Source: Octopus bimaculoides
Lineage: Eukaryota
Reading direction: 5' to 3'
Length of the DNA: 64,000 bases
Assembly (NCBI RefSeq): GCF_001194135.2
Contig: NC_068982.1
Span: forward strand, 13,132,134-13,196,133
Part shown: piece after piece, positions 39,616-52,745 of the stretch
Layout of the letters: each line of letters starts with the position of its first letter
Numbering within the stretch: position 1 is the first letter of the stretch
Made by a program: the position numbers and the translations under genes
Notes under the pieces: generated by a model
What the model was told of the DNA's origin: nothing
Databases searched by the model: none
The model's input: only the letters and a program-made list of their open reading frames with translations

Positions 39616-40057
39616 AAATCCAATGTTTCAAATTTATTCAACTTTATTGCTGGCTTAGTGTGTTATTCATGACAATGTGAATACATTCTTGAGTGTCTGT
39701 AAACTAGAATTTTGGATATTATGAAATATTTCCCATGCTTCTCTGAATCTGAGTAAATTTAGTTAGTTGAACATCATTATTTAGTTAGCTGAATATTGAA
39801 AAGATATATACATTAGAACACTCTTTTTGCGTTTTGTGGCTTTGTTTCACTGAATATATTTACGCTTATAGATAAATGTATTGAAATTGTATTTTGCAAA
39901 TTCCCTTGAAGACAAATGACCTTATTATGTTGGCTGGGGATTTCAATAATTAAACAATAACTAAAGAACAATTACCAACAAAGAATTAACTGTTTTATTA
40001 ACAGGCTGAGCATGTTGTGTGAAGGTACCTTCATTGGTTTGTCATTTTAAAATTTGC

Positions 40058-40214
40058 TGCAGGAGTGGCTGTTTGGTAAATTTTTGTTTCCAAGCCACAA
40101 GGTTCCAGATTCAGTCCTGCCACATGGCTCCTAGAGCAAGTGTCTTCTTCTATAGCCTTGGGATTACCAAAGCCTGGTGAGTGGATTTGGAAGACAGAAA
40201 CTGAAAGAAGCACA

Positions 40215-40289
<75 letters not shown>

Positions 40290-40515
40290 TGCATGTGTGT
40301 CTTTCTGTTTATGTTTGTCCCCCAACCATTGCTTAATAACTGGTGTTGGTGTGTTTACATCCCTGTAAGTTAGTGTTTCAGAAAAAATGACCGATAGAAT
40401 AAATATCAGGCTTAAAATAAAGGTAGTGGAGTTGATTCATTTAACTAAAATTCTTCAAAATGATGCCCCAGCATGACCACAATCTAATGACTAAAACAAC
40501 CAAAAGATAAAAGAT
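40058..40515 (+). mobile_element. SINE family A with (TG)n(AG)n
   Basis: Head to tail colinear with the other copies. Confidence 0.85.
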
Positions 40516-40564
40516 TGAAAGATTGAGAAATGAAAATTCAGTAGTTATTTCCATTGAAGCATAT

Positions 40565-41258
40565 TTAACCCTTTCGTTACCAACCCGGCTGAAACCAGCT
40601 CTGGCTCTGAGTAGAAATGTTTTATTTTCATAGGTTTTGAATTAAAATCTTCCACCAAACCTTAGTCACAATTTATGTTCCTAACACTAGCTTAATGATA
40701 ACTAAGTTATTTTACTAAATTCTTTGTTATATTTATGATTAATTGAAAGAAACACAGAGCATTTCAAGAGAAATAGGGTAAGAAAAGGGTTAACAAATGA
40801 CTAATTTAACCCTTTTGATACCAACCTGCCTGAAACCACCTCTAGCTCTGTAGTACATATGACTGGTTTTCATATGTTTTGAATAAAAATCTTCCACAAT
40901 TTATGTTCCTAACACTAGATTAATGATAACTAAGTTATTTTACTAAATTCTTTGTTATATTTAAAATTAATTGAAAGAAATACAGAGCATCTCAACAGAA
41001 ATATGGTAACAAAAGGGTAAACATATGATTAATCTTTTTTGATACCAACCTGACTGAAACCACCTCTGGCTCTCAGTACAAATGTCTTGTCTTCATAAGT
41101 TTTGAATTAAAATCTTCCACCAAACCTTAGTCACAATTTATGTTCCTAATACCAGCTTAATGATAGCTAAGATATTTTACTAAATTCTTTGTTATATTTA
41201 AAATTAATTGAAAGACACACAGAGCATCTCAAAATAAATACAGTAACGAAAGGGTTAA
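40565..41258 (+). mobile_element. three tandem TTAA-flanked MITEs (40565-40793, 40806-41021, 41029-41258)
   Basis: TIR TTAACCCTTTCGTTAC..GTAACGAAAGGGTTAA; same orientation; 7-12 nt spacers. Confidence 0.9.
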
Positions 41259-42344
41259 ACAACACACTGATGATTTTCTACTACCATTTAGCTTGACAAA
41301 ACTGTAAGATAACCAGTAGGATAAACACTAATTTATAATTTCTAAATATAGATTGTAAAACATTGGCTCCTGCATTGCAATTAAATTATAAAACATTGGC
41401 CTCAAAGCAACAAATTAATTTGAAAATATGCGATACAATACATGGGTTGTAGAGTTTAGTTAAAAAATATCTATAAAGAAAGGGAGTTGATTTTTAAATG
41501 TACTATATAATATTTAACACTATTAAATCATTATTTAAGTGTTATTAAATTAATAACTATAGAATATATCAATATAGAAAATGTATTAATAAAATATTTC
41601 AATGTGAATCACAAAAGATTTGTTTGTAGTATTTTGGAATGCTAACATTTGATATATTATTATAGAAAAAGTGGAAGCAGTATTTTTTCCTATATATTTC
41701 AAACATTAAACAAAACTTAATAGAAACGTTTACTTCCTAAGTTATCTGTTTATCTATTCATATATATATTTTCACATGTAATTACATACTTCAGTCAAAC
41801 CTAACAAATAAATTGATATTGATGTTTTTTACTTCAGGAGTTGGGACCATTTATAATTTTACCTATAAATCATTGATACAGCTGGTCACTATATCAAAAG
41901 GCAGAAAAATATATGCTTTAGAAGTTGGAATGTTATCCTCGTCACCAGATGAAATATCTTAGCTGGTGGGTGCAGATTCATGTCAATGTGTAAATTCCAA
42001 ATAGGACAATATTGTCCTAACTGGATAAGGTTGACTTTGCCTTTCATTCTTTCAGTGTTGATAAATTAATTACCAGTTGCATACTGGGGTCGATCTCCCT
42101 CAAAATTTTGGGCTTTGTGCATAGAGTAGAAAAGGATATTTATACTAAACAAAGAGGAGGAAAGTGGCGAGCTGGCAGAAACATTAGTGTGCTGGGCGAA
42201 ATGCTTAGTGGTATTTTGTCTGTCTACATTCTGAGTTCAAATTCCACTGAGGTCAACTTTGCCTTTCATTCTTTTGAGGTCAATAAATTAAGTACCTTAC
42301 GATCGTGAGCCAAATGCCCTAACTACTAAGCCATGCACCGTCAC

Positions 42345-42612
42345 CCCTGTAATACCAAAGATGAACTGAAGGCAAGGTTTATGGCAGCATTCACCAACTT
42401 AAACAAGGAGACCATCCAGAAGAATTGCAAAAGATTCGAAAGTTGTCTGGAGGCTATGGTTGAAGGCAATGGCGATTTTATTGAATAAATTTACTCTTTA
42501 ATATCTCACGATATTTTAATGTAATTTTGGTAAATATATCTGTTAAAATGAGATGTCAGTGTTATTTTAATTTTTGTGTAATTTAGACGACAGTTTATTC
42601 ACCGTACCCTGT
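42345..42612 (+). mobile_element. Tc1/mariner-superfamily 3' end
   Basis: PCNTKDELKARFMAAFTNLNKETIQKNCKRFESCLEAMVEGNGDFIE* at 42345-42488; ends ACCCTGTA then (TA)n. Confidence 0.8.
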
Positions 42613-42641
42613 ACATATATAAGCATATATGTATATATGTA

Positions 42642-42672
<31 letters not shown>

Positions 42673-42682
42673 NNNNNNNNNN

Positions 42683-42724
<42 letters not shown>

Positions 42725-43817
42725 ACATTACACAACTGACATGTTGGCACAACTTTCACACAGTATTTAGTATTGTGTATTCATATTTGACCCAATATAC
42801 TCTTTATTTATATCTTCTTTCATATGAGGCCTCTGAAGAAGCATGCTACAAAACATGATAAATAGCAGGAATAGTTGCCAAGATATTGGTCTTTATGACT
42901 TATTTGACAATGTACTCAGAAATCTGGAACTGAGATTTAACAAAATTGTTGGATAACATTTTGACATTGCAACAAATATGAATTGCATTCACAGAGATTT
43001 GGCAACAAAAATTTAAGTTTGCAGTGGACAACTCCAAAATCTTCCTAAGCAACATTCAATAGAAAATACTAAACCACTTTGCAATACCTTAGAAAACTAT
43101 TCCTAACCATTACTGCTTTCCAGAGGCTATTTCGAAACGACATAGTTGTTTTGAAAGCATTAAAGTTGAAGGAGAACAAGTCTAAAAGTAGTTTTGTAGA
43201 TTTGAAGAAACGAAGGCCATGGAAGAGTCATTATCTCATGATGTTAAGGTATGACTTGGTTTCACAAAATATGTATGGATATTATTGAATACCAAATGAG
43301 ATTTTGATTACTTAATCAGATTGGTTGCCCTGAAAATAATACTGTCAAACATAAGCAGCCAATAGAAATCCCATCATTAAAATGTGAGAGAGGAATAGCT
43401 ACAGCAGCTGGAGAAACTTACTAATTGTGAAAATGGAGGAAAATTTGGAAATATTTGAAAATGTATTGAAAAAAATTTGGTGAAACTGTCAAAGAGATCC
43501 TTCAAAACACTTGATTTGCATTCGAGAATACAAGAGAAACGAGTTCCACATAGATTGCAAGTTCTGGCTGGTGAATTCGTAACTGAAGTGGTATTGGCTC
43601 AATCTGGATTAGAGACTGTTATCATATATCTACTAATTATTTATTAGATGAGATTAGTGGAGAAATGGAATCACAATTGCCAATGCATATTCTGTGCATT
43701 TAACTATATTATCCTTGGTGCTAATGTGTCAGCTGACTTTGATAAGTTCACTATGGTACTAATCTGGATCTTCTAAAAACAGAAGTGACAATCTATGTAA
43801 AGGTTGGAGTAAAGAAT

Positions 43818-44207
43818 TTTGCCAATATAACATGGCAGTCCTGGTTTAGAACTAATGTTACTGTAATTTAGCCCCAGGAGACATCGTCTCCAGCTGGCTA
43901 TACAACATGATCTGTGTCCTTATATTTTTGGACAAGGGAATCTAGCACCGCCACTATAGTTAAGTGCACAGAATATGTATTGGCAACTACACATTTCTCC
44001 ATTAAGCTAATCTAATAAATAGTTAGTAGATATATGATAACAGTCTCTAATCCAGATTGAACCAATACCACTTTAGTTATGAATTCACCTTGTTCGAAAA
44101 TATAAGGACACAGATCGTGTCGTATAGCCAGCTGGAGACGATGTCTCCAGGGGTTAAACTACAGCAACATTCGTCCTAAACCAGGATTGCCATGTTATGT
44201 TGGTAAA
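43818..44207. mobile_element. fold-back/MITE with ~125-bp inverted arms
   Basis: Arms 43818-43941 and 44083-44207, 141-bp spacer; a related fragment lies at ~48250-48340. Confidence 0.8.
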
Positions 44208-46193
44208 CAATCTTTATTCCAAAGTACTGTTGATGAATATCTCTCGTTGTGAGATTTAAAAAGATAGTAATTTTATGTTAAGTTTGTCAGGGGCCATATG
44301 CATACACAGCCATCAGGTTGACAGACAACTGCAGAAAGCATAGTTAAAACTGTTTAAAAGAATGACATGAACAGCCCCAACATGTATTTCTTCGATATTA
44401 TGAAAGCTTTTTTGGCAGCTGCAGTTCTGCAAAATTGAAGCCTTGATGATAACATTTGGATGTTACTCTTTGCATATTTAGCACACATAATTTTTATTTG
44501 GTGTGCAATAAAAATCAGACATTGGGGAAGATGACGTGTGCAGAGAGGATTGACAGTGTTGTAAATGAATACCAGTGTGGGGGTGTTTTGGTTTTCTTGT
44601 TACAACAAATACTAGATATAAAAAGGTTGAAAAATTGTGATTTTCTGAAATGAAAAACAATAAGAAAGAGAAAATGTAATAGTTCTACGTAAGTTCTTAC
44701 AGATGATGATCGATTGCAGTGCTCATCACCACTTCCAGCATCTTAGTCCCATAGTACAAAGATATGGCAACAGTAAGGCAAGACTAACCCATCAAATGTA
44801 GGAAAACACCCTTAAATTGAAGATGCTCTCATTCAGTGGGAATAAAACCAAGACAAACCAAATATGGCATACATCAAGAACAATGTTAGTTCTATCAAAG
44901 GACTTAATATTCAAATTTCCACATTATCTATTTATGACATAATTATAAACTCAAAATGCCCGACAAGGCAAGCACACCTTTAATTAGGTCAATTTTTCTA
45001 CCAAACTATCAAAGATAACATGTTCTAACTTGGAAAACCAACAGATTGGGATACAGGCTAAATGCTGAATCAAAGACATTGATGAAGTTGACCTAGATTT
45101 TGTTGTGGGTTGCTCATAGCCATTTGCAGCAGTTCAAGTGTTTTTGACCCCTGGGTAGTAGCACTCAAGTGTCTCTAGAAGATGAACAATTGAAGTGTAT
45201 CAAATCACACTAGAACACTATCTAGGCAAGTATCAAAGTAATACACATGCAAAATGTCAGCCTATTACATCAATTATTCTTGGAGATATCGTGACCTAAA
45301 GGTTGCCACTCATAATCAGAAAAGTCATTTTGAGAAAAACGCAAAAAATGCTGGAAATGGTTGATTTTACAACGATGCCCAACAACACAAGGATAATATC
45401 CACATTTTAGTGAATAATTTGCAGTTTTGTAGTCTAATAACGCCCTTTGCTATTTTTCTGAGATTTTGCTATCTGAAACCTGAGGTGTTAATCTTGTCTT
45501 AAAAGATACATTCTTCTTCAGTATCTGCTGAGATCCACTTGACAAAGTGCCCATCCATCGATCACTACCTTCATCTGCCAGCCTTAGAAAAGCACTGTTA
45601 AGTTTTGAGATTAAAGTGCTTAGAATTGTTTTATCAATGATGACCTTTCTCTGGAGCCACCCAACTGTGCAGAGCAGTCACTTTATGTGCAGATTTTAAT
45701 CCAGCATAACCTTGGTACTAAGTCAGAGGATGAAGCTTTAACTATGAAATGGCTTTTACGTAGGGATAGGAGAACCAGTGAACAAATAAAGGCAGGGGTA
45801 TGCTGCATCACCTACCAAAAAGTATTAAAACTCCAGAACTCTTGATCACTCTGTGATGAACAAAAACCTTGTAACCTTGTAAGAATGGAGTTAGTTCAGG
45901 GAAATATGTGCACTGAGTTAATTTTGTTAATCAATGAATAAGGAAAAAAACACACAAACAAACAAACAAACATAGGATAGACAAATTTAAGAAGATTGTT
46001 TATTTTATCAAGAATGTTAGTTGACAATTAGCTGACAGGTGATTTGCTGTTATCATGAATTCGTTAATCTTTTTGCTTTTACTGTCTGATTAGTTTTTCT
46101 TGTCCTACCCACATTTTCTCTGCTATTATGTTTGTATTCGGAAAGACAGTTTCTCTCTTGCCCCCTGGTCTGTATGCCTGTGAATATGCACAA

Positions 46194-46230
<37 letters not shown>

Positions 46231-47145
46231 ATGCACACACACATGCACGCACATGCACACACACATGCACGCACATGCACACACGCACATGCACACACAC
46301 ACATGCACATTCACACATGTATGCACGCACGCACACACACACACACACACACACATACATATCATAATCATTTCCTTTTGTCTAACGACTGTTATTGCAT
46401 ATTTGAATAGCTTAGAAGAAAATTGAGACAGGATTTTTACAATCAGATGTTTTTCTTTCTTTTTTCATTTTCATTCACAATTATCTTCTCATTTCACTTC
46501 ATGCATCAACTTTCTTCTTATTCTTTTTGTGTTATCGAATAGACCAGCATTCTGGTCTTTTAAATAAGACTAAACATATGTATTTCGTATGTGTATTTCA
46601 TGTGCAAGATTCTTGATGTGGATACATGTGTTGAAAGAAATACAATTAAACCTTATAAATTGATAAAGGACTGGTTCAGTCCTTTATCAATTTATAAACA
46701 GTATATAGTTTTTTGTTAAATAATTTCATTGCACTCTTGAAATCTCTTCAGTAACTTGTCTCTCCGCTTCCATTTATTTTGAATGTATGATTTGGCATTG
46801 TTTTGAAACTTCGGTATGATCATATGAAGGTTTAAACATATGTAAATAAGACTAAACACATATATGTATGTATGTATGTATGTATATGCATGTGTGTGTG
46901 TTTATGGGTCTGTGTTTCTCCGCCCACCCCAACATTGCTTGACAACCGATTCTGGTGTGTCTATGTACCCATAACTTAGTGGTTCGGCAAAAGAGACTGA
47001 TAGAATAAGCACTAGGCTTACAAAGAATAAGTCCTGGGGGCGATATTCTCGACTAAAAGTGGTGCTCCAGCATGGGCGCAGTCAAATGACTGAAACAAAT
47101 AAAAGACAGAATAAAAGAATATGTATATATATATATATATATATA

Positions 47146-47388
47146 TTAGAAAAAATAATAATCAGGTACTCAGATATCTGGATGGTTGTACATTTACAGA
47201 TTTTTATTCATATGTCACATGTTTTATAAATTAGCGCTTTCATCTAGTCTTGTAGGTTTCTCTCAAAATTTGATAAACCTACAAGACTAGGTGAAAGCAC
47301 TAATTTATAAAACATGTGACATATGAATAAAAATCTGTAAATGTACAACCATCCAGACATCTGAGTACCTGGTTATTATTTTTTCTAA
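47146..47388. repeat. near-perfect 243-bp palindrome at the (TA)n end of a SINE
   Basis: Arms 47146-47259 and 47275-47388 are reverse complements with a few mismatches. Confidence 0.9.
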
Positions 47389-47448
47389 TATATAATTCCT
47401 GTACATCACCTCCAAACCTTCCAATATATATATATAGATATATTCATA

Positions 47449-47484
<36 letters not shown>

Positions 47485-47494
47485 NNNNNNNNNN

Positions 47495-47551
<57 letters not shown>

Positions 47552-48004
47552 TGTGTGGAAATTGGAAAGTGTTCTTCAAAATGTTGTGTTATGGAAAAAA
47601 TCTTGTCCTCAGTCGTCTGATAAAATTTGAAAATAGCAATAGCTTTCTGCATGTTCTTTGAAATTTATTGGAAAAGCAGACATCAATCAAAAAATCTATT
47701 GAAGAGCTAAGTCGACACTGCAAGGCAGCTAATGTTCCTACCATCTACCATCTGCCATGTAAAAGGAGAGACATACACATCAAGATGACATACAATTTTC
47801 AATCTAATACTTAAGAATGAGTGAGGAATACTTGAAATATTGACATTTTTAAAATTCTTATATTGCTCCTTAACAGTATATTAAAAATATAATCTGTAAA
47901 CTCAAGAATTTTCTCCACCTTTTCTTTTATCACCTCGGATGCTGGAACTTAGATAATGATTGAAATATAACAAATTGAGAAGACCTCTGGAGTCAAGTGA
48001 AATT

Positions 48005-48140
48005 ATTGTCATGGCCGATGCCAGTACCACCTGATTGGTATCCATGCTGGTGGCACATAAAAAGCACCATTCGAGTGTGGTTGTTGCCAGTGCCACCTGG
48101 CTGGCTCCCATGCCGGTGGCACATAAAAAGCACCATTCAA
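48005..48140 (+). repeat. two RTE-3'UTR hairpin units without the terminal block
   Basis: GCCAGTACCACCTGATTGG..GTGGCACATAAAAAGCACCATTC, twice. Confidence 0.8.
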
Positions 48141-49213
48141 TATATATAATGAATATACTAAAAGTTGACAAATTTTTTTATCTTATATTTATTTTGTAGA
48201 CAAATAATACAAAAGAAATAATACATTTCTAAATCTCTCAGAAACTTTGAAAATATAAGGACACATGTGTCAAGTCCACATGTGTCAAGTCTAAAACAGG
48301 AAACGGTGTTTCCTAGGGCTAAATAACAGTAGCATTCTTCCCTTTTATAGGACTGTCACATTAAGTTGATAACATGCTATCAAATAATACAATATTGCAT
48401 AAGCATTTTATAATGTTTCTTTCTTTTCTGGAAACTTGCTGTGTACCTGCAGCTGATAGCTTGTGAACTGGCACCGGTCCATCGACTACCACTTTGCGTA
48501 GCACTGCATTAGATAATATTGTCTTAGATAACTCTAAAGAGGGGGAATAGTCACAACAAGAATATAGTTTGTCGTAGATCTCTTCGATCAGAATTGACCA
48601 GGTGCAAGTACAACCACCCCATAGTGATCATTGATAGCAAACATGCTGATGTCATTGATATATCCAAACATGACATAACTAGCAGAGCTTTATGAAGAAC
48701 ACTTGGTAACTTTCCAAATTAAATTTGCTGTCAAAAAAATGATATTGAACTTCCTCTGGAAAAGTGTTTTGATTTAATTTTACTGAAATTTAGATATTTG
48801 GTGCTAATGGTAAGCTTCAGTTGCATAAAATTCATGTGTCAACATGTCACTATTCTTTCAAATCTGTGTGGGATTTAATTATTGGTATATCAATACATAT
48901 ATGCATATATTTATTGTGCTTTTAATTGTTAATTTTTCTATATGTGATAGTGGATTTTCATCGATGAGTTCTTGAAACTTGGTTATTTTCCCTAAAACTA
49001 TATATTTTATATATATTTTATCTATAAAGCTCAATTTAAGTTTAATTTTTTATAAATTGATTTTAATTGAGTTTTTACCTGTAATTTTGGATTTTGTCCC
49101 TAATATTATTATATATATATATATATATATATAACTTCCAAAGGTTATATATTCCCATGCTGGCCACCTAAGATCGACATTTTTAAATAACGATCTTATG
49201 CTTATTTATATAA

Positions 49214-49249
<36 letters not shown>

Positions 49250-49351
49250 GGAGAGAGAGAGAAAGGGAGAGAGAGACACACACATATACATACATCATAC
49301 GTTCATATGTATGTATGTATGTATATATGCATGTATATGTATATATACTTG

Positions 49352-49389
<38 letters not shown>

Positions 49390-49854
49390 GATAGATAGAT
49401 GTGTATGTATGTATCTATCTATGTGTATGGACACACATGCACACACACACACATATATGCGTGTGCATAAGTTTGTATGGAAGCCACATTTCTATTATTT
49501 TGCCTAATGGTTATCAGAGAGAACTGGATAAATATCAAGATAGCACAGCCTATTACTTTAGATAATCTATGGAATGTTTTCATTTTCACTTCTGTATGAT
49601 GCTTATCAATGAAGAATGTGCACTGTGCAACCTTTCTGCACCTACTACCCTGCTATATCATTCAAAAATAACCATACAAACTTCAAACTATTTCTATACA
49701 TAATATGGATTGAAAATTGTAAATTAGATAAATTGTCCATGCATAAATAAACAGAATTTCTAGTATTCTATAAATTGTTTAAACTGCAATGTAAGAGATT
49801 AATTTTATCTTATACATAAATTTGAAAATAAAAACACAAGATAATTTCACTCAC

Positions 49855-49879
49855 TTAATTCCATTGTATGTCAATTCCA
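49855..49879 (-). CDS. candidate micro-exon (25 nt, phase 1->2), ELTYNGI
   Basis: Acceptor ttttctgtttacag, donor AA|gtgagt. Confidence 0.3.
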
Positions 49880-50374
49880 CTGTAAACAGAAAATTTAGAA
49901 AAAAGTGTCAACTGAAAAAATTTCACAGAAAAAAATGTTACAGACTTTTGAGTGATATTTTTTTTTTATAGTTTTATCTAAGATATTGAATAAAATTTAA
50001 TTCTGTTCACATATGTGTACCGCAATTTTCCATCCATATAGAAATAGCCTAAAGTTTTGTCTGTTTTGTTTTGAGTTGAGAGAATTGTTAGACATCAGAC
50101 AAAAATACCTTGTGGTATTTTTTCTGGTTCTTTACATGCTGCGTTCATACTTACTGAGGTCAATTTTGGCCTTTCATTTGTCCCAGGATTGATAAAATAA
50201 AGTACCAGCCAGTTATTAGGGTCCATATTATCAATTTCTTCGAAAATTGCTGGCCTTATGTCTTAATAAGAAATGGTCTGTTCCTGCGTAGTTAGGTCCA
50301 ACACAGTTTCACAACACAAACTCTGTGACAGCAACCATACACAATACAAATTGTGTTATCACTATGTACAAGTC

Positions 50375-50825
50375 ATGAAGGCAGTGAGCTGGCAGAATCA
50401 TTAGCATACTGGACGAAATGCTTAGCAGTATTTCACTCATTGCTACGTTCTGAGTTCAAATTCAACAGGCATCAACTTTGCCTTTTATCTTTTCAGGGTC
50501 GATAAACTAAGCACCAGTTATGCACTGGGATCGATGTAATTGACAATCACTGTCCCTCAAATTTCAGGCCTTGTGCCTATAGTAGAATGGATTATGTACA
50601 AGTCACAAGGGGTGAATTGCCAGAATTGTTAGCATGTGAGGCAAAATGATTTGTGGCATTTCATCTGTCTTTATGTTCTGAGTTCAAATCCTGTCAAGGT
50701 CGACTTTGCCTTTTATCCTTTCAGGGTCAATAAAATAAGTACCAGTCAAGCACTGTGGTCGATGTAATCAACTTACCTTCTTTCCCAGTATTACTGGCCT
50801 TGTGCCAAAATTTGAAACTATTATG
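50375..50825 (+). mobile_element. family-B SINE dimer
   Basis: Two monomers joined by TATGTACAAGTCA. Confidence 0.9.
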
Positions 50826-50827
50826 TA

Positions 50828-50983
50828 CAGCAGGAGTGGCTGTTGGGTAAGAAGCTTGCTTCCCAAACACATGGTTCCAGGTTCAGTCCCACTGCATGGC
50901 ACCTTGTTTAAGTGTCTTCTACTATAGCCTTGGGCTGATCAAAGCCTTGTGAGTGGATTTGGTAGATGGAAATTGAAAGAAGA

Positions 50984-51032
<49 letters not shown>

Positions 51033-51080
51033 ATATATATGTATATACACACACATATATGTGTGTATAGATAGGTAGAT

Positions 51081-51140
<60 letters not shown>

Positions 51141-51360
51141 CTTTGTGTGTGTGTGTGTCAGTGTTTGTTCCCCCACCATTGCTTGGCCACCGATCTTTGT
51201 GTGTTTACGTCCCCGTAACTTAGCGGTTCGGCAAAAGCGACAGATGGAATAAGTACTAGGCTTACAAAGAATAAGTCCTGGGGCTGATTAGTTCGACTGA
51301 AGGTGGTGCTCCAGCATGGTCGCAGTTAAATGACTGAAACAAGTAAAAGTAAAAGAGAAA
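50828..51360 (+). mobile_element. SINE family A, full length
   Basis: Head, (TA)/(TG) and tail. Confidence 0.9.
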
Positions 51361-51603
51361 AAAGTCATGTATTGTCAGTCATTAATTGATTTTTTTCAAA
51401 ATTGTTTTCAATATAGTCACATTTAGATATAATGTGACATATATACCCATGATTTCTTTGACAAATAAAAGCAATTGCTAAATATTCTCTGAATACAAAT
51501 ACCTATAGAAAGAGTAAATAGCTTTATTGATTCCAACATAAAGCAAAATGGAAGTTGTGATGTTTATGCTTTCCTAAAAGCACTGGCAATATAACAAACT
51601 TAC

Positions 51604-51678
51604 TCAAGCAACAAAACTGATTTATCATTCTAAGCCTTTTTCGGCACATCAAAACATCTGCCCTATATTGATGAACAC
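51604..51678 (-). CDS. candidate exon (75 nt, phase 1->1), VHQYRADVLMCRKRLRMINQFCCL
   Basis: Donor TGA|gtaagt, acceptor tttatatatgtgtag, single open frame, phase joins 49879. Confidence 0.3.
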
Positions 51679-52159
51679 CTACACATATATAAAGGTTCAA
51701 TTTAATATGTATGTATTCATTGTTATCAGACACATGCAAGTATGCTCATGCATAAGCATGCACCTAGATATGAAAAACTGCACACAATGCATAAATAATG
51801 CATTCAATTCAAATTACATTTATAGATTTCTGATAGCATTTTTAATGGGCATAAGAGTGTTCCCAACAACGATCATTGATATTATTGCAATTATAAACCA
51901 GCAACAGCACATTGAAACTATCTCAAGCTTTAGAGTTGAACGAAGTGAAAGTTTTTGAATGAGATTAAGTTGACATTATGAGCACCTACACATAAACCAG
52001 AGCTACTATTGTTGTAACAAGTCTTCGGGTACAGGGCATTCATCTCCTCTACTTCATGACCTATTACACTATTCACTACATTCACCTTTATCCCTATATC
52101 TAACCATCTCCCAAACTCTCATAAACCTATCTACTCACTCACACTTCTTGATCATCTCT

Positions 52160-52745
52160 TTTACTCTTTTACTTGTTTCAGTCATTTGACTGAGGCCATG
52201 CTGGAGCACTGCCTTTAGTCGAGCAAATCGACTCCAGGACTTATTCTTTGTAAGCCTAGTACTTATTCTATCGGTCTCTTTTGCTGAACCGCTAAGTTAC
52301 AGGGACGTAAACACACCAGCATCGGTTGTCAAGTGATGTTGGGGGGACAAACACACACAAACAAACACACACACATATATGTATACATAGGCACAGGAGT
52401 GGCTGTGTGGTAAGTAGATTGCTTACCAACCACATGGTTCCGGGTTCAGTCCCACTACTATAGCCTCGGGCCAACCAAAGCCTTGTGAGTGGATTTGGTA
52501 GACGGAAACTGAAAGAAGCCCGTCGTATATATGTATAGATATATATGTATGTGTGTATGTGTGTCTGTGTTTGTCCCCCCACCATCGCTTGACAAACGAT
52601 GCTTGTGTGTTTACGTCCCCGTAACTGAGCGGTTCGGCAAAAAGTGACCAACAGAATAAGTACTAGGCTTACAAAGAATAAGTCCTGGGGTCTATTTGCT
52701 CGACTAAAGGCAGTGCTCCAGCATGGCCACAGTCAAATGACTGTG
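52160..52745. mobile_element. divergent pair of family-A SINEs (- tail 52160-52375; + copy 52385-52745)
   Basis: The tail segments are reverse complements of each other. Confidence 0.85.

Noticed and set aside
42800-43700. Possible decayed transposase
   Set aside because: Multiple stops and no diagnostic motif recognised.
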